A DNA stretch of 64,000 nucleotides from Eledone cirrhosa. Taxonomy: Eukaryota. The notes under the pieces were generated by a model. The model was not told the origin of the DNA. It searched no databases and saw nothing but the letters and a program-made list of their open reading frames with translations. The stretch lies in contig OZ024740.1 in assembly GCA_964016885.1 (NCBI GenBank), positions 252,960,001-253,024,000 of the forward strand, in the 5' to 3' direction. Every line of letters starts with the position of its first letter. The first letter of the stretch is position 1. Below are positions 41,001-53,289 of this stretch, piece after piece. Made by a program: the position numbers and the translations under genes.

Positions 41001-42441
41001 TGCTACAAACGGAATGGTGGAACGTTTTCACCGCCAATTAAAGGCCGCTCTTCGCGCCTATCCAGACTCTCTACGTTGGAGCGAGTACCTTCCTATTGTG
41101 TTATTAGGAATTCGGTCATCAATAAAGGAGGACCTTGCGTTCTCCCCGGCCGAATTATTGTATGGTGCTCCTCTAGTGTTGCCTGGGCAAATGCTTGCCC
41201 CTGTTGATCTTGCTTTTCAAGATCCTCTTTCCTACGTATCTCGTTTGCGCTCCTATTTTCAGGACTTACCGCCTATGGATACTAGGAAACAAACTATTAA
41301 AACTGCAGTCCCGAGGGATATTGCCTCGTGGACACATGTCTTTGTCAGAAACGACGCGGTTAGAACACCTCTCACACAACCGTACTCTGGACCCTACCGT
41401 GTGTTAGTACGTACTGACAAACATTTCACAGTAGACATTAAGGTATCCAGAGAGACAATGGTGGATAGACTAAAAATAGCATACACTGACGCTCATACAC
41501 CTGAGCCACAAATACCCCAAACTTTCTCTATTGTGCATACACCTGCTCCTTCTGCCTCACCTTCACCTACATACAAGACCACGACCTGTTCCAGTCGAAG
41601 AGTCCACTGGCCCAAAAAACTCTGTCAGACATATTTTATATGAACTGGCCACTATGGAGCCTTTTCTTTTTTCTTTTTCTTTGTATTATGTATACATGTA
41701 CCTTTTTATTTTTTGTTGTTTCATACCTTTGCTTGGATCCCATTCTTGCGGGTTCGCTACAATTACCTTCGGGCTTTTCGCCTATCGTCTGGGGGAGGGT
41801 ATTGTAGTGACCCCTAGCGGTGAAATCCAGAAGTAATGAGAGTTACGTCCTTTGGGGACTGTAGTGACCCTTAGCGTCGAGAACTCAGACGTAATGAGAG
41901 TTACGTCCCCATAGGGACTATATATTGAGACAGCGAGAGACCTCTTTCTCTCTCTTACACGGCCAGCCGTCCGCGAATCAAGATGCAACTCTGCCTTCTC
42001 CGACTTTTAGTTCACCTACTCCAGTGAACATGTTAAGAGCAACTCTCTCACTACTATGGTCGCAGACTACTAACAGCCTCATGAACCAACTACACAAGTA
42101 ACATTAACAACCTTCGTAACTCATTGATAATATGTTTATTGTTCTATTTTGACTTCAATGAAGTAAACCTTTGTATATAAACCAAAAAGCCATTCTTTTT
42201 CTTTCAACAACAACTGTGATAATAATATCTGTACTAATACCATTCTTCTAAAACCACGAAAAGCATGGACGGAGGTGGTGAGAGCAGACCTCAGATTGCT
42301 GTGGTGTGCAGGAGAGAAGACTGAGATGGTATGGACATGTCATGCGCATGGAGGAAGACCGCTGAGTAAAGAAGTGCCAAGAAATCCCAGTAGAAGGAAG
42401 ACGCAGTAGAAGGAAGACGGACATAAAATGATGATGATGAT
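38041..42441 (+). mobile_element. RTE 3' fragment split by Gypsy-2 (38041-38210 plus 42253-42441)
   Basis: Removing Gypsy-2 restores agaggaagacca|cgaaaagcatgg (RGRPRKAW). Confidence 0.85.
38211..42252 (+). mobile_element. Ty3/Gypsy element lacking gag (Gypsy-2)
   Basis: LTRs 38211-38618 and 41803-42252. TSD acca. PBS tggtaaccc at 38620. PPT gggggaggg at 41791. Disrupted pol about 38800-41643, homologous to Gypsy-1. Confidence 0.95.
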
Positions 42442-42480
42442 GTGTGTGTGTGTGTTTGTATATATATATATATATATATA

Positions 42481-43975
42481 TTTCGTTTCTGAATTTGTTT
42501 AGCAAGATTCTTTATCTGAAATCGTGTGTTGAAACCGATATTGTTATACTTTGGGAGGGTCATGTTGCCAATAAGAAACACACGCACCAGTTGATTTCGC
42601 TTCAATTTATTATATATTTATAAATTTATAAATTTACAAATCTACAAACTTATAAATTTCTGGTTGGTTGGTTGGTTCCACAACCAGATAGTTGTTTTTT
42701 ATATATAGTCATAGTCCTTTCGTCACACACTCTGTGACCTCTTCAGTGACTGGGGATTCCTTTCTTTGTTTCTGTGCCTTTCCTTTCTTCTGTCCTACGC
42801 CATTTTGTTTCTGTGTGTGTGTTGTGTGCTCAGTTTGCGCATGCGCCACATCCGGGTGTCTGTGTGTGTTTGTGTTCATTTATCTATTTGTTTATTTATT
42901 TATTTATTTACATGTTGTTGGTTGGTTGTTTGTTCTATGTGTGTGTGTGTTTTCATTTTGTCCTTAATTGTAAGTTGTGATGTTGCTGTTCCACTCATAT
43001 TTTCTATTTAATTTTGGTTGTAATTCTTTTATGCTTACTGCCTCTGTAATTTGCCTAAACATTGCATCTTTTCTGTGTGTGGATTCTATTTTTATTTCTA
43101 TGTTCTCTAATTTACCCTTGTGTTCTATCTTAGCATGTTGGTAGAGCACAGATAGAACACAAGGGTAAATTAGAGAACATAGAAATAAAAATAGAATCCA
43201 CACACAGAAATGATACAATGTTTAGGCAAATTACAGAGGCAGTAAGCATAAAAGAATTTTGGTTGTAATTCATTTATGCTTACTGCCTCTGTAATTTGCC
43301 TAATCATTGCATCTTTTCTGTGTGTGGATTCCATTTTTATTTCTATGTTCTCTAATTTACCCTTGTGTTCTATCTTAGCATGTTGGTAGAGCACAGATAG
43401 AACACAAGGGTAAATTAGAGAACATAGAAATAAAAATAGAATCCACACACAGAAAAGATGCAATGTTTAGGCAAATTACAGAGGCAGTAAGCATAAAAGA
43501 ATTACAACCAAAATTAAATAGAAAATATGAGTGGAACAGTAACATCACAACTTACAATTAAGGACAAAATGAAAACACACACACACATAGAACAAACAAC
43601 CAACCAACAACATGTAAATAAATAAATAAATAAATAAACAAATAGATAAATGAACACAAACACACACAGACACCCGGATGTGGTGCATGCGCAAACTGAG
43701 CACACAACACACACACACAGAAACAAAATGGCGTAGGACAAGAAAGGAAAGGCACAGAAACAAAGAAAGGAATCCCCAGTCACTGAAGAGGTCACAGAGT
43801 GTGTGACGAAAGGACTATGACTATATATAAAAAACAACTATCTGGTTGTGGAACCAACCAACCAACCAGAAGTTTATAAGTTTGCAGATTTGTAAATTTA
43901 TAAATATATAATAAATTGAAGTGAAAGCAACTGGTGCGTGTGTTTCTTATTGGCAACATGACCCTCCCAAAGTAT

Positions 43976-43982
<7 letters not shown>
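42481..43982. mobile_element. Foldback cassette, family A (long form), with GIY-YIG C-terminus in both arms
   Basis: Tail 42481-42538, then a palindrome to 43982. Hammerheads at 42707-42751 (-) and 43778-43822 (+). Peptide HAKIEHKG..DAMFRQITEAVSIKELQPKLNRKYEW. 245-bp duplication of the tip. Confidence 0.9.
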
Positions 43983-44042
<60 letters not shown>

Positions 44043-44045
<3 letters not shown>

Positions 44046-45121
44046 ATAATAATAAAATTGAAGACTAAAATCCAAAGAGGGCTCGATAAGGAAAATATAT
44101 ATCAAATATATAAGAACCGTAGAGCAAATATTTATTAAAATAACAGATTAAAGTTTAAGCAAAGAATCGCTGCTTTCACCCTTAATGGGATCTTCTGAAA
44201 CTAACAAAGTCAATCTGTAAACGCAGAACTGGATATTTCAAAAAACGTTGCAACCGGAGGAAGACAGGAAGACGATATTTTGGTTCGTGGTAACGTTCGC
44301 TGGCAAAGAACGGATAAAAACGTATAATACGTTATTAATAGGAGCGGTGAAAAACAATTACGCGCAAAGACAGAACCACGTTTATGGTATAAAAGAGGTC
44401 GTAGACTAATGTTCTCTTAGGTGGTGTATAGAGACGTTCTCTGGCAATGAACGAAAAAACGAAGATAATAAGTCATATGTGGAGCATGGAGAACAAAGCA
44501 CGCAAAGACAAAACCACGTAAATGGTATAGCAGAAGTCATAGACTAAAATTCTAACTAGGAGACCAAATGAATCTCCGCTACAGAGTTAAGAACAAAGTA
44601 AATAAATACAATACAGAAGTAATAGAAACAAATAAATACATACACACAAACAGATACGTACATACACAAGCATACGCAAAACCTTACCATAGGTATACAA
44701 AACCACGCACATATAAATATGTGTGTGTATGCTTGTGTACAAATAAATAAATAATTATATAAACGTATATAAGTAAATAAATACGTATATAACAAGCGCA
44801 CACACATACCTACAAATAAATAGACGAATGTTCGGAGACGTAAGTCAACTAAAACAAGAAGTACACATATACACACACCCACCATACGTACGAACCTGCA
44901 TACTCACGCAGACGCAAAACTCCCACGTATTATTCGTTTTTTCCCGTTCTTTGCCAGCGAACGTTTCCACGAACCAAAATATCGTCTTCCTGTCTTCCTC
45001 CGGTTGCAACGTTTTTTGAAATATCCAGTTCTGCGTTTACAGATTGACTTTGTTAGTTTCAGAAGATCCCGTTAAGGGTGAAAGCAGCGATTCTTTGCTT
45101 AAACTTTAATCTGTTATTTTA

Positions 45122-45129
<8 letters not shown>
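44043..45129. mobile_element. Foldback cassette, family B
   Basis: Arms 44128-44331 and 44926-45129. Tail 44043-44127. (TA)n flanks. Motif CAGAAGA-tccc(gttaa)gggt-GAAA. Confidence 0.75.
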
Positions 45130-45214
<85 letters not shown>

Positions 45215-45222
45215 ATATATAT

Positions 45223-45269
<47 letters not shown>

Positions 45270-45347
45270 TTTCATCATCATTTCATTTTACGTCCGCTTT
45301 TTCCCTGCTTGCAAGGGTGGGACATATATATATATATATACACACAC

Positions 45348-45733
45348 AATGAAGCAAGCATGCTCTGTTGGATGTGCAATGTCAATGTGCGTGAACGACC
45401 AAGCATAGACGAGTTGAGAAAGAACCTGGGTATAAGAGGAATAAGTTCTGGTGTGCAGGAGAGAAGACTGAGATGGTATGGACATGTGATGCGCATGGAG
45501 GATGACCGCTCGGTAAAGAAGTGCCAAGAAATCCCATTAGAAGGAAGACGCAGTATAGGTAGACCACGAAAAACATGGGTGGGGGTGGTGGGAGCAGACC
45601 TCAGATCGCTGAAACTCATGGAGAAGATGACAAAGGACCGTGACAAGTGGAAAGATGCTGTGCTGAATAGGACCCGTCCCACCCTTGCAAGCAGGGAAAA
45701 GCGGACGTAAAATGATGATAATGATGATGATGA
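45348..45733 (+). mobile_element. RTE 3' end
   Basis: RRLRWYGHVMRM..GRPRKTW..DRDKWK and (atg)n tail. Confidence 0.9.
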
Positions 45734-45801
45734 TATATATATGTATATTTCATTTATATATGAATATGTGTATATGCATATACACATATGTTTTTATGAA
45801 T

Positions 45802-46125
45802 GCGCATGGCTTAGTGGCTAGAGCATTAGGCTTGCAATTGAGAGGTTGTGAGTTCGATTCTCGGACCGGGTGATGCGTTGTGTCCTTGATCAAGACACTT
45901 TATTTCACGTTGCTCCAGTTTACTCAGCTGTAGAAATGAGTTGCGACGTCACTGGTGCCAAGCTGTATCGGTCATTGCCTTTCCCTTGGACAACATCAGT
46001 GGCATGGAGAGGGGAGACTGGTATGCATGGGCGACTGCTGGTCTTCCACAAAACAAACCTTGCCCAGGCTTGTGCCTTGGAGGGAAACTTTCTAGGTGCA
46101 AAACCATGGTCATTGGTGACCGAGT
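45802..46125 (+). mobile_element. tRNA-SINE with a CORE-like segment
   Basis: tggcttagtgg (A box), gagttcgattc (B box), gtgtccttgatcaagacacttta. Confidence 0.75.
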
Positions 46126-46544
46126 GGGGCCAAAGCAAAAGCATATGTTTTTATAAATTTCTATATATTTTTTATATATTATTTTTCTTACTTATTAATT
46201 TTTATATAATCTTTTATATATTTTTTCTTATGTATATTTTCCGTTATTTTTCCAGCCTCACTTGCAATTTTTAACAGATTTTAAATCTCATTTCATATTT
46301 TCTATTCATAACATCTCTCTCTGATGAACGATCAAGATGTATATTAATATTGTCTAGGTTCCTGAGACCTTTGGTAATGGAGTAGTTATATGTTGGGTTG
46401 TTCACTTTCTAATTAAATAACTCTGTTCTATACATAGAGCACTCCTTTTTCCTTTGCTTTTTCTTCAGATTTACCTAACACATAGTATATACATATGTGT
46501 GTGTGTGTGTGTGTATAATTATATGTATGTATGTCATCAGTAGT

Positions 46545-46915
46545 TGGACATGCAAATTCTGTCAGTGTGTACTCCTCTCAAAGGCTGGTTATGTTAATCA
46601 CCTGAAGTCACATGAAAGAATAACCACCTGCAACACCACTCAACAAAGACGTGTGAAACAATGTGCATGATATGCAACAAAGTGTGTAGAACTAGTTCCA
46701 GACTAAAAAGACACATGTTAGTACATAAAGATTGTTTCCCACAGGGTACCTCACCGGTCTTATAGAAAGCGCAACTCTCTTCTGTCACCTGTGTTGTAAA
46801 CCATGCAGATCTACAGCTGACCTACAAAGTCGCCTACAAAGTCATGGATGCAGATGGGATGACAATGAAGAATTAATAAGAGATGGCAATCGTCTATGAA
46901 GACATTGCAATCCTC
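46545..46915 (+). pseudogene. Three C2H2 zinc fingers (two frameshifts), probably a LINE ORF C-terminus
   Basis: CKFCQCVLLSKAGYVNHLKSH; CMICNKVCRTSSRLKRHMLVH; CHLCCKPCRSTADLQSRLQSH. A short hairpin-type 3' end follows. Confidence 0.65.
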
Positions 46916-46920
46916 ATCTA

Positions 46921-47800
46921 TCATCATCATCATCATCGTTTAACGTCCATATTCCATGCTTGCATGGGTTTGGACGGGTGTTTTCCCACTTGAGGCAAGA
47001 GTGGTTGTCTTGCTCACATAGGACTATCTGGCAGGTTTTCTACAGCTGGATGCCCTTCCCAACACCAACCACATTTACAGTGTGGGGCTGGGAGGTTTTT
47101 ACCGTGTTACCTACACGGCCACATTACAGCGTGGACTGTGTGTTTTTTTGTCGTGACACCTACACGACCTCATTTGTTTTGGACTGGATGTTGTGGTACC
47201 AACATAACTTTACATTGAAGGGGTGGTGTGGATGGGGTGACGGTAGTGGGACGGGGGTGTATTTTGTTAGAGGTGCCTACTGACTGTAGTAGGTTTCACT
47301 TTGTACTTAGGTAAGGCGGGTCTTCTCTATTACTGTGTAGCACCAAAGATCTCGGTCCAGTGACATTGTCTTGGAGAGGTGTAAGTGTGTGAGGTCGGAA
47401 TTTATCAAGTCGTCCCAGGTTTTTCTGGGTCTGCCTACTCTGTGGCTACCGTCTATTTTTATTGCCCTGCACTTTTTTATACAGCTGTCGTCTTTCATGT
47501 GCATCACGTGACCATACCAATGTAGCCTTCTCTCGAGTAAACAACATCTGATCCCTCTTATTTCTAATTTCTATGTATGTATATATATGTACGAGACCAC
47601 TACAAGAGAGGTTCTTAAAGAATAATAAGCCACTATATTTAGCTTTTGTTGACCTAGAGAAGGCCTATGATAGAGTACCCCGATCTGTCATCTGGTGGTC
47701 CCTAAGCAAACTAGGCGTAGAGGAATTTCTTGTGAGGACAGTACAAGCTGTCAGTTAAATGAGAGTAGGAATGGAGTTTAGTGAGGAATTCTAGATGCAA
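46921..47800. mobile_element. Cluster: SINE (-), RTE 3' end (-, about 47300-47572), RTE RT piece (+, about 47595-47800)
   Basis: GRPRKTW on minus. AFVDLEKAYDRVPR on plus. Confidence 0.8.
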
Positions 47801-49115
47801 TTTATTCTCTCCTGCACCAACCAGGCTGCGCATGTCAATCCTGTTCATGTAAATAATGAACAGGAGAGGTGAGCAAAGTATCCTCTCCCCCTCACGAGGA
47901 TGCACCTCTCTGATGAGAAGAAAACTCCAGACACATTCTTGATAGCAGGTGTGGAGGAGGGCTTCTTATTAAGAAGTTGGCGGATGGTCTGCCGGAACAC
48001 TCTATTTGCTGATCTGAAGTCAGATTCCAGTTTAACCCCAACATTCTCGCATATCTTAACTTTGGACACTTTTACTGTCTCTGCTGTGATTTTTCATGCC
48101 TGATTGTACTTCCAAGCCAAGCTTTGTAAGCCTCCTTCTTTGCTTGGATGGCATCTTTGACCTCTTGATTGAACCAAGGAGTTTTCCTGCCATCCAGCGT
48201 TACACCAAGCCTCTTTCGCCCCAGCATTTAACAGCTGAAGCAGAGACTGCTGTGCTGAACAATCTCCACTCTGTCTCAACATCCTCAGTTTGCTCAGGGA
48301 GGTCTCTGGATTTGGATGCAATAGTATCTGCATACCAGGTCCTAAATTCCTTATCCACCAATGTTTCCCTCTTTATCCTATAGGTCACCCTGCACCTGCC
48401 AGTTTTGTGGGCTTCTTTAGCTTTAGGTTGTCTCAAGTTGCAGATAACTAGATGGTGATTGGTTGACAGCTCAGCCTCTCTCTTAACATGAAAATCCAAC
48501 AGTGAATCGAAGAGATCAGAGACAATAACAAAATAAATTATTGATCTCTGTCCCTGATTTCCCTTATACCATGTATATTTATGGATGTCTCTGTGCTGGA
48601 AGAAGGTGTTCATAATATAGATTCCATTCATAAAACAGAATTCTAGTAAGGCATCTTGCATCTTCAATCATATTTAGATTGGGGTTGCCATTCCTTCCAA
48701 TCACTCCATGTCAAGTGGTCAGTACCAGCATGTTCATTTAAGTCGCCCATCAGGATATATGACTCAGTTTTAAGTACATCTAATGCTGCAGTGACTTCAT
48801 CAAGGAAGAACCTGTATTCGGATTCCTTGTTTGGTGCATAAACTTGCACCACCCACACAGACCTATATTTCAGCCTAAGCTTCATGAGACAAATCCTCCC
48901 TCCTAATGGGATCCTGTCCATAACACATTTTGACAGCTGGGGGATTGTGAGTATTCCCATTCTCGCCTGTACAGTCATTTCTGGTGCCTCACCTGAATAG
49001 TGGAGTTTCCATCCTCCATCCAAATCTACCGTATCAGAGCCACAGAACTTTGTTGAAGAAACCCGACTATATCTAGCCGGTAGCATCTACCTTCTTCCAC
49101 TAGTTCCTACTCCTG
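47800..49115 (-). mobile_element. RTE-clade APE-region fragment (different family)
   Basis: GWKLHYSG, VQVYAPN, LMGDLN, IMNTFFQHRDIHKYTW, LSTNHHLV. Confidence 0.85.
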
Positions 49116-49657
49116 TCCATTCTGGACTCTCTTTGGGTTCTCGGGTGTGCAACCTTTGTGCATCAATCCCATGCCTCCCGGGACAGTTTGCAGACCCATC
49201 GCCAGTTTTTGCGGCATGAAATGGAGACTGAAATATATTTTTCAAACAGGCTCCTCTACCTAAAGTCTAGATGCATGCCTTGTTAACTTGCGTGAAGGAC
49301 AGTACAGTATGTTTTTTTTTTGTTTTTCTCATCATAGTGCAGTTTCAGTTTCAGTGATCTTATTCGCGCCATTCCCCAATCTGGTACTTTGTCAAACCCG
49401 AAAAGACTAGGCTTATTTAGAGGTGGCCTTTACTTGCTTCATCGTAGCTACATCACTCAGTCCTGAGAATTTTCTTGGGAGCTACATGTGTCACCCATTG
49501 CTCCATCTCTCCTACTAGTTTATCGCTGTTGGTCTGGGGTTGTTAATTTGTCTGCCAGTTGCCCGCTTATATTGCAACTAGCCATCATATCTGGTGGCCT
49601 TATCGCTATCCACCACCTGCGACCTGTTCTCTAGCAGAATAGCTCTGTCGAGAATAA

Positions 49658-49815
49658 CACTGGGCAACAATTTTTTTACTTTTATCTGGTACTTGAGATT
49701 TGTTCACTGTTTCTAGCTTAATTTTTTGTGCTGATTTAAAATTTGAAATTAGTTTTGCTCTGGTTTTCTTGCAATTTTGGGATATACTTTTTTGACCTGT
49801 CGAAATATATCCCCT
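49658..49815 (+). mobile_element. Chapaev3-like terminus
   Basis: taa|cactgggcaaca.. with subterminal gtgctgatttaaaatttg, mirroring 57700-57776. Confidence 0.55.
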
Positions 49816-50026
49816 TATAATATATAACCAGCAATTTCTCTGTCTGTCTGACCGACAGTGGAAACACGTGCGCGCGTGCGAATGTTTTTTGCGCACGCAT
49901 AGAGAGAGAGTGAGAGTGAAAGAAAGAGACAGACTACAAGAGGGGGATAGTGGGAGGGAGAGAGGGGGGAATTGAGTGCTACAGAAACATATATACATTT
50001 CTCTGTGTGTGTAATATATATATATA

Positions 50027-51189
50027 CTAGCAGCAAGACCCGGTGTTGCACAGGGTAGGAAACATGAAATAGCAACACGCATATGCAAAGATTGAGGAAT
50101 GTAGCTGTGTACTTTTTGAATTCCCTTTTTCTCGGGGAATGATTGTTCATCTACTGGAAACGTAGAACACCAGCCGGCAGAATCCAGTAGTAGCGGTGTC
50201 AGTGGGCTGATTGCGGAAATCCTGTATGCGAATGGAGTAAGTAAGTGTTGTGGGGCGATGTATGTCGTAAGTCTGTTCACGAATTACGTCACAGATGGGG
50301 AACGCACGTCAGTCTGACGGAGTGACGTAGTCAATTGTGTGAAAACCAAGTAGGGATGTACTTTTAAGTAGGGGTATTGAGATGACGAAATCAGCGTGGC
50401 AACGCAGCTGCAGCAGAAGGGGGTCATAGTGCAATTAGCACAAACACTGGGCGGCACTGGTTGCACTGCATTTACACAGCAATAATGGTGCGACAAAAGG
50501 GGTCACTGCGGAATGAACACAACCGCTGTTCAGCGTACTTGCGCAGGACGTTCATACTGCTGTGTAGGTGCAACAAAAGGGGTCTTAGTAGAAGTATCAT
50601 AGGCGTGAGTTTGACGGCAACGTACACAGGGCCCGGATTTGTGCGCGATGAAAGTACGAAGCGTCAACAGGGTGCCGACAAATATTTTAAGGTCCTCCTC
50701 ATTTCCTCAACCTCACGAAAATGGTCCTGCTTAAAAGTAAGTAAGTGTTGTGTCCTCTGTTAAATAAACCAAATGTGTTAACGAAATATTATACGTTACT
50801 TACGACGTTTAAGTAGCGTTTATTTTGAAAATGAAAAAGGCATGTAATGCCCAATGCTAATTTGTAAATTTCCTAGAAACCATTAATGGAATCGGAAATG
50901 TTTTTGTCCACAGCAATGTTAGACGACTAACTAATGTGTGCTGCAAATTTCGAGGAAATCGGTTGGATTATCTTTAAGTAACGCCTCAAAAACGACTAAA
51001 AATGTCTAAAAAATGCGGTTTTTCGCCTAATGCGGACCTTAGGGCAGAAAAAGTTAACATTTGTTTAGCCCATTGCACTTCAAGAAATATAAGTAACGTA
51101 TGTGTAAAGTTTGAAAAATGTCGGTTGGGTACTTCTCGAGTTTTAGGCATTTACACACACACACAGACATCCTCTGTTTTATATATATA
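50027..51189 (-). mobile_element. Non-autonomous Helitron-type element
   Basis: 3' hairpin plus CTAG at 50027. 5' tatatatataaaacagaggatgtctg joined directly to the next element. Confidence 0.75.
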
Positions 51190-53100
51190 CTAGCTGAATG
51201 ACCCGGCGTTGCCCGGGTTACTGCTGTTTTTATTTAGATTAGGAAACAATAAATATGAAGAATTTCTTTTTCTCATATTCACTTTACATAAAATATGTCA
51301 AAGTTGTAATGATAATAGAATTGTGACCAACCGAGCACGGCGGGCTGTTTGATGTTCTGCGGCACGGGAGGCGGCGGTGGATACAGCGTTCTGGGACCTT
51401 CGGATGGCTGTCTGTATCTCGGTCTGGGATGCTCTTGCAGCTGCGGTGGAGGCGGAGTCCTTGGACCTTCGGATGGCTGTCTGTATCTCGGTCTGGGATG
51501 CTCTGGCAGCTGCCTTGGACCTTCGGATGGCTGTCTACTGGTCGGTTTCTGCGGCACGGGAGGCGGCGGTTGAAGCAGCGTTCTTTGACCGTCCGGTGGT
51601 TATTTGCTGATAGTTTCCGAGGCCCTTGCAGCAGCAGTAGTTGCATCATTCCTAGCCCTACGAAGAGCTCTTTGGCTGTCACTCTCTGCTGCCCTAGAGG
51701 CGGCTGTTGCAACTGCATTCCGACAATTACGAATGGCACGATTCGAAGCGTAACCGTAGGTAGAGGGGCGCTGGGTTGGGCTGTGCTAGGGGTACTTAAG
51801 TTGAAAGCAAAGTAACAGGGGTTTGTGGCCAAAAATGCAGTCCGGCATCCGTAGACTGCTCATTCAATCGCCTCTTTTTTGAAACAACAGACGATGTTTT
51901 CCTACGGCTAAGGGTACTCTTTCTTTCCAGTGGCATGGTTGCAATAGTACAGTAAGTAAACAGTAAAGGGGAAGCAGGTTTAGAGCAAAGGCAAAAAAGC
52001 GAAGGTGATAAGCAGTATTTTGGGGAAGGTAAAAAAAAGTGACAAATTGTTACAATTTTAAGCAAGAAAAAAGTAAACAAAAAACGTACTGGGAATGGCA
52101 AAGTCCGAAAGCGAGGTCACAAAATGTAATGCAGTGAGAGTGAAGCACACGTCTACACAGTAGCCTAACCAAGTAGCAAGTGTAGCGTTTGAAAACCAAA
52201 GCTTTGCAGGCCATTCAAATCAACGATAAGAGTCTGCAGAATTTTTTGATAGCAGTCTTGCCAAAACAGAATAAAAGCTGCCACCTCCAGCCGTCCAGGA
52301 AATTTTTTTGTTGATTTAAGGCGAAAATTTGTCCACTTCTCGACCGAAAGAGAGCAAAAACTGACTCAACTGGTGCCAGGTGGTCAGAACTGGCAGGAAC
52401 TGGTTTGTGTCACGTGAAGCTGTAACTATAGCAACAGTGGTTCCCTCGGTCTCAAAGACCAAAGTAAGTGGAGAGGGGAAGGTAATGTTACTGTAGCACC
52501 AACAACGTCTCTCTCTATATTCCTCGCTCAATAAAGAAGGGGGAGGGAGAAGGTAATGTTACTATAGCAACAGTGGTTCGCTCACTGACCAAAGTGGAGA
52601 GGGGAATGTAATATTTCTGTGACACCCAAAACTTCTCTCTCTATCTTCCTCTCTCTCTCTCTAAAGAAGGGGGAAGGGGAAGGTAATGTTACTATAAGAC
52701 CTGTTATTCCTGTCTCTCTATATACGAAGTGGAGATTCGACCTCGAGCTTCACTCTCGACCGAATTTCGAAATGATTCGAGCACGTCAACAAAATTTAGA
52801 CTCTTTTCTACCCATATTAGCAAAAAACCGGGTCAAAAAACTCAAAAGGAAACATTTTTCACGCGTGCATAAAATGCAACCTCATCTCCCGATTTCACCC
52901 AAAATAGACAAAAAGGGGGATTGCGGGCCCCTGGGGGGACCTATCAAAAAACAAAGTAGCCTAAGCAATGTAAAGGGTCATGAGGAGTGATGTATGCAAA
53001 TTTGAGCGAGATCGGGCGAGCGGTGGAGACGCCAACCTCGAATAATGTAGCATCCACATACACACAGACAAACACACATCCTCTGTTTTATATATATAGA
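51190..53100 (-). mobile_element. Helitron deletion derivative retaining the RepHel N-terminus
   Basis: 5' TC at 53100. 3' cccgggcaacgccggg..CTAG. MPLERKSTLSRRK plus 23-aa repeats at 51330-51940. Confidence 0.85.
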
Positions 53101-53209
53101 TACACACACAGAAATATATATATATACACACAGAAATATATATACATTTCTGTGTGTGTAATATATATATATATACACACAGAAATATATATACATTTCT
53201 GTGTGTGTA

Positions 53210-53240
<31 letters not shown>

Positions 53241-53256
53241 GAAATATATATATATT

Positions 53257-53289
<33 letters not shown>

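Noticed and set aside
49606-50280. 224-aa ORF
   Set aside because: It crosses a Helitron end, microsatellite and transposon terminus, so it is a chance read-through.
51279-51832. Proline-rich or DSHPKV-repeat protein ORFs
   Set aside because: They are alternative frames of the 69-bp STPR-like repeat.
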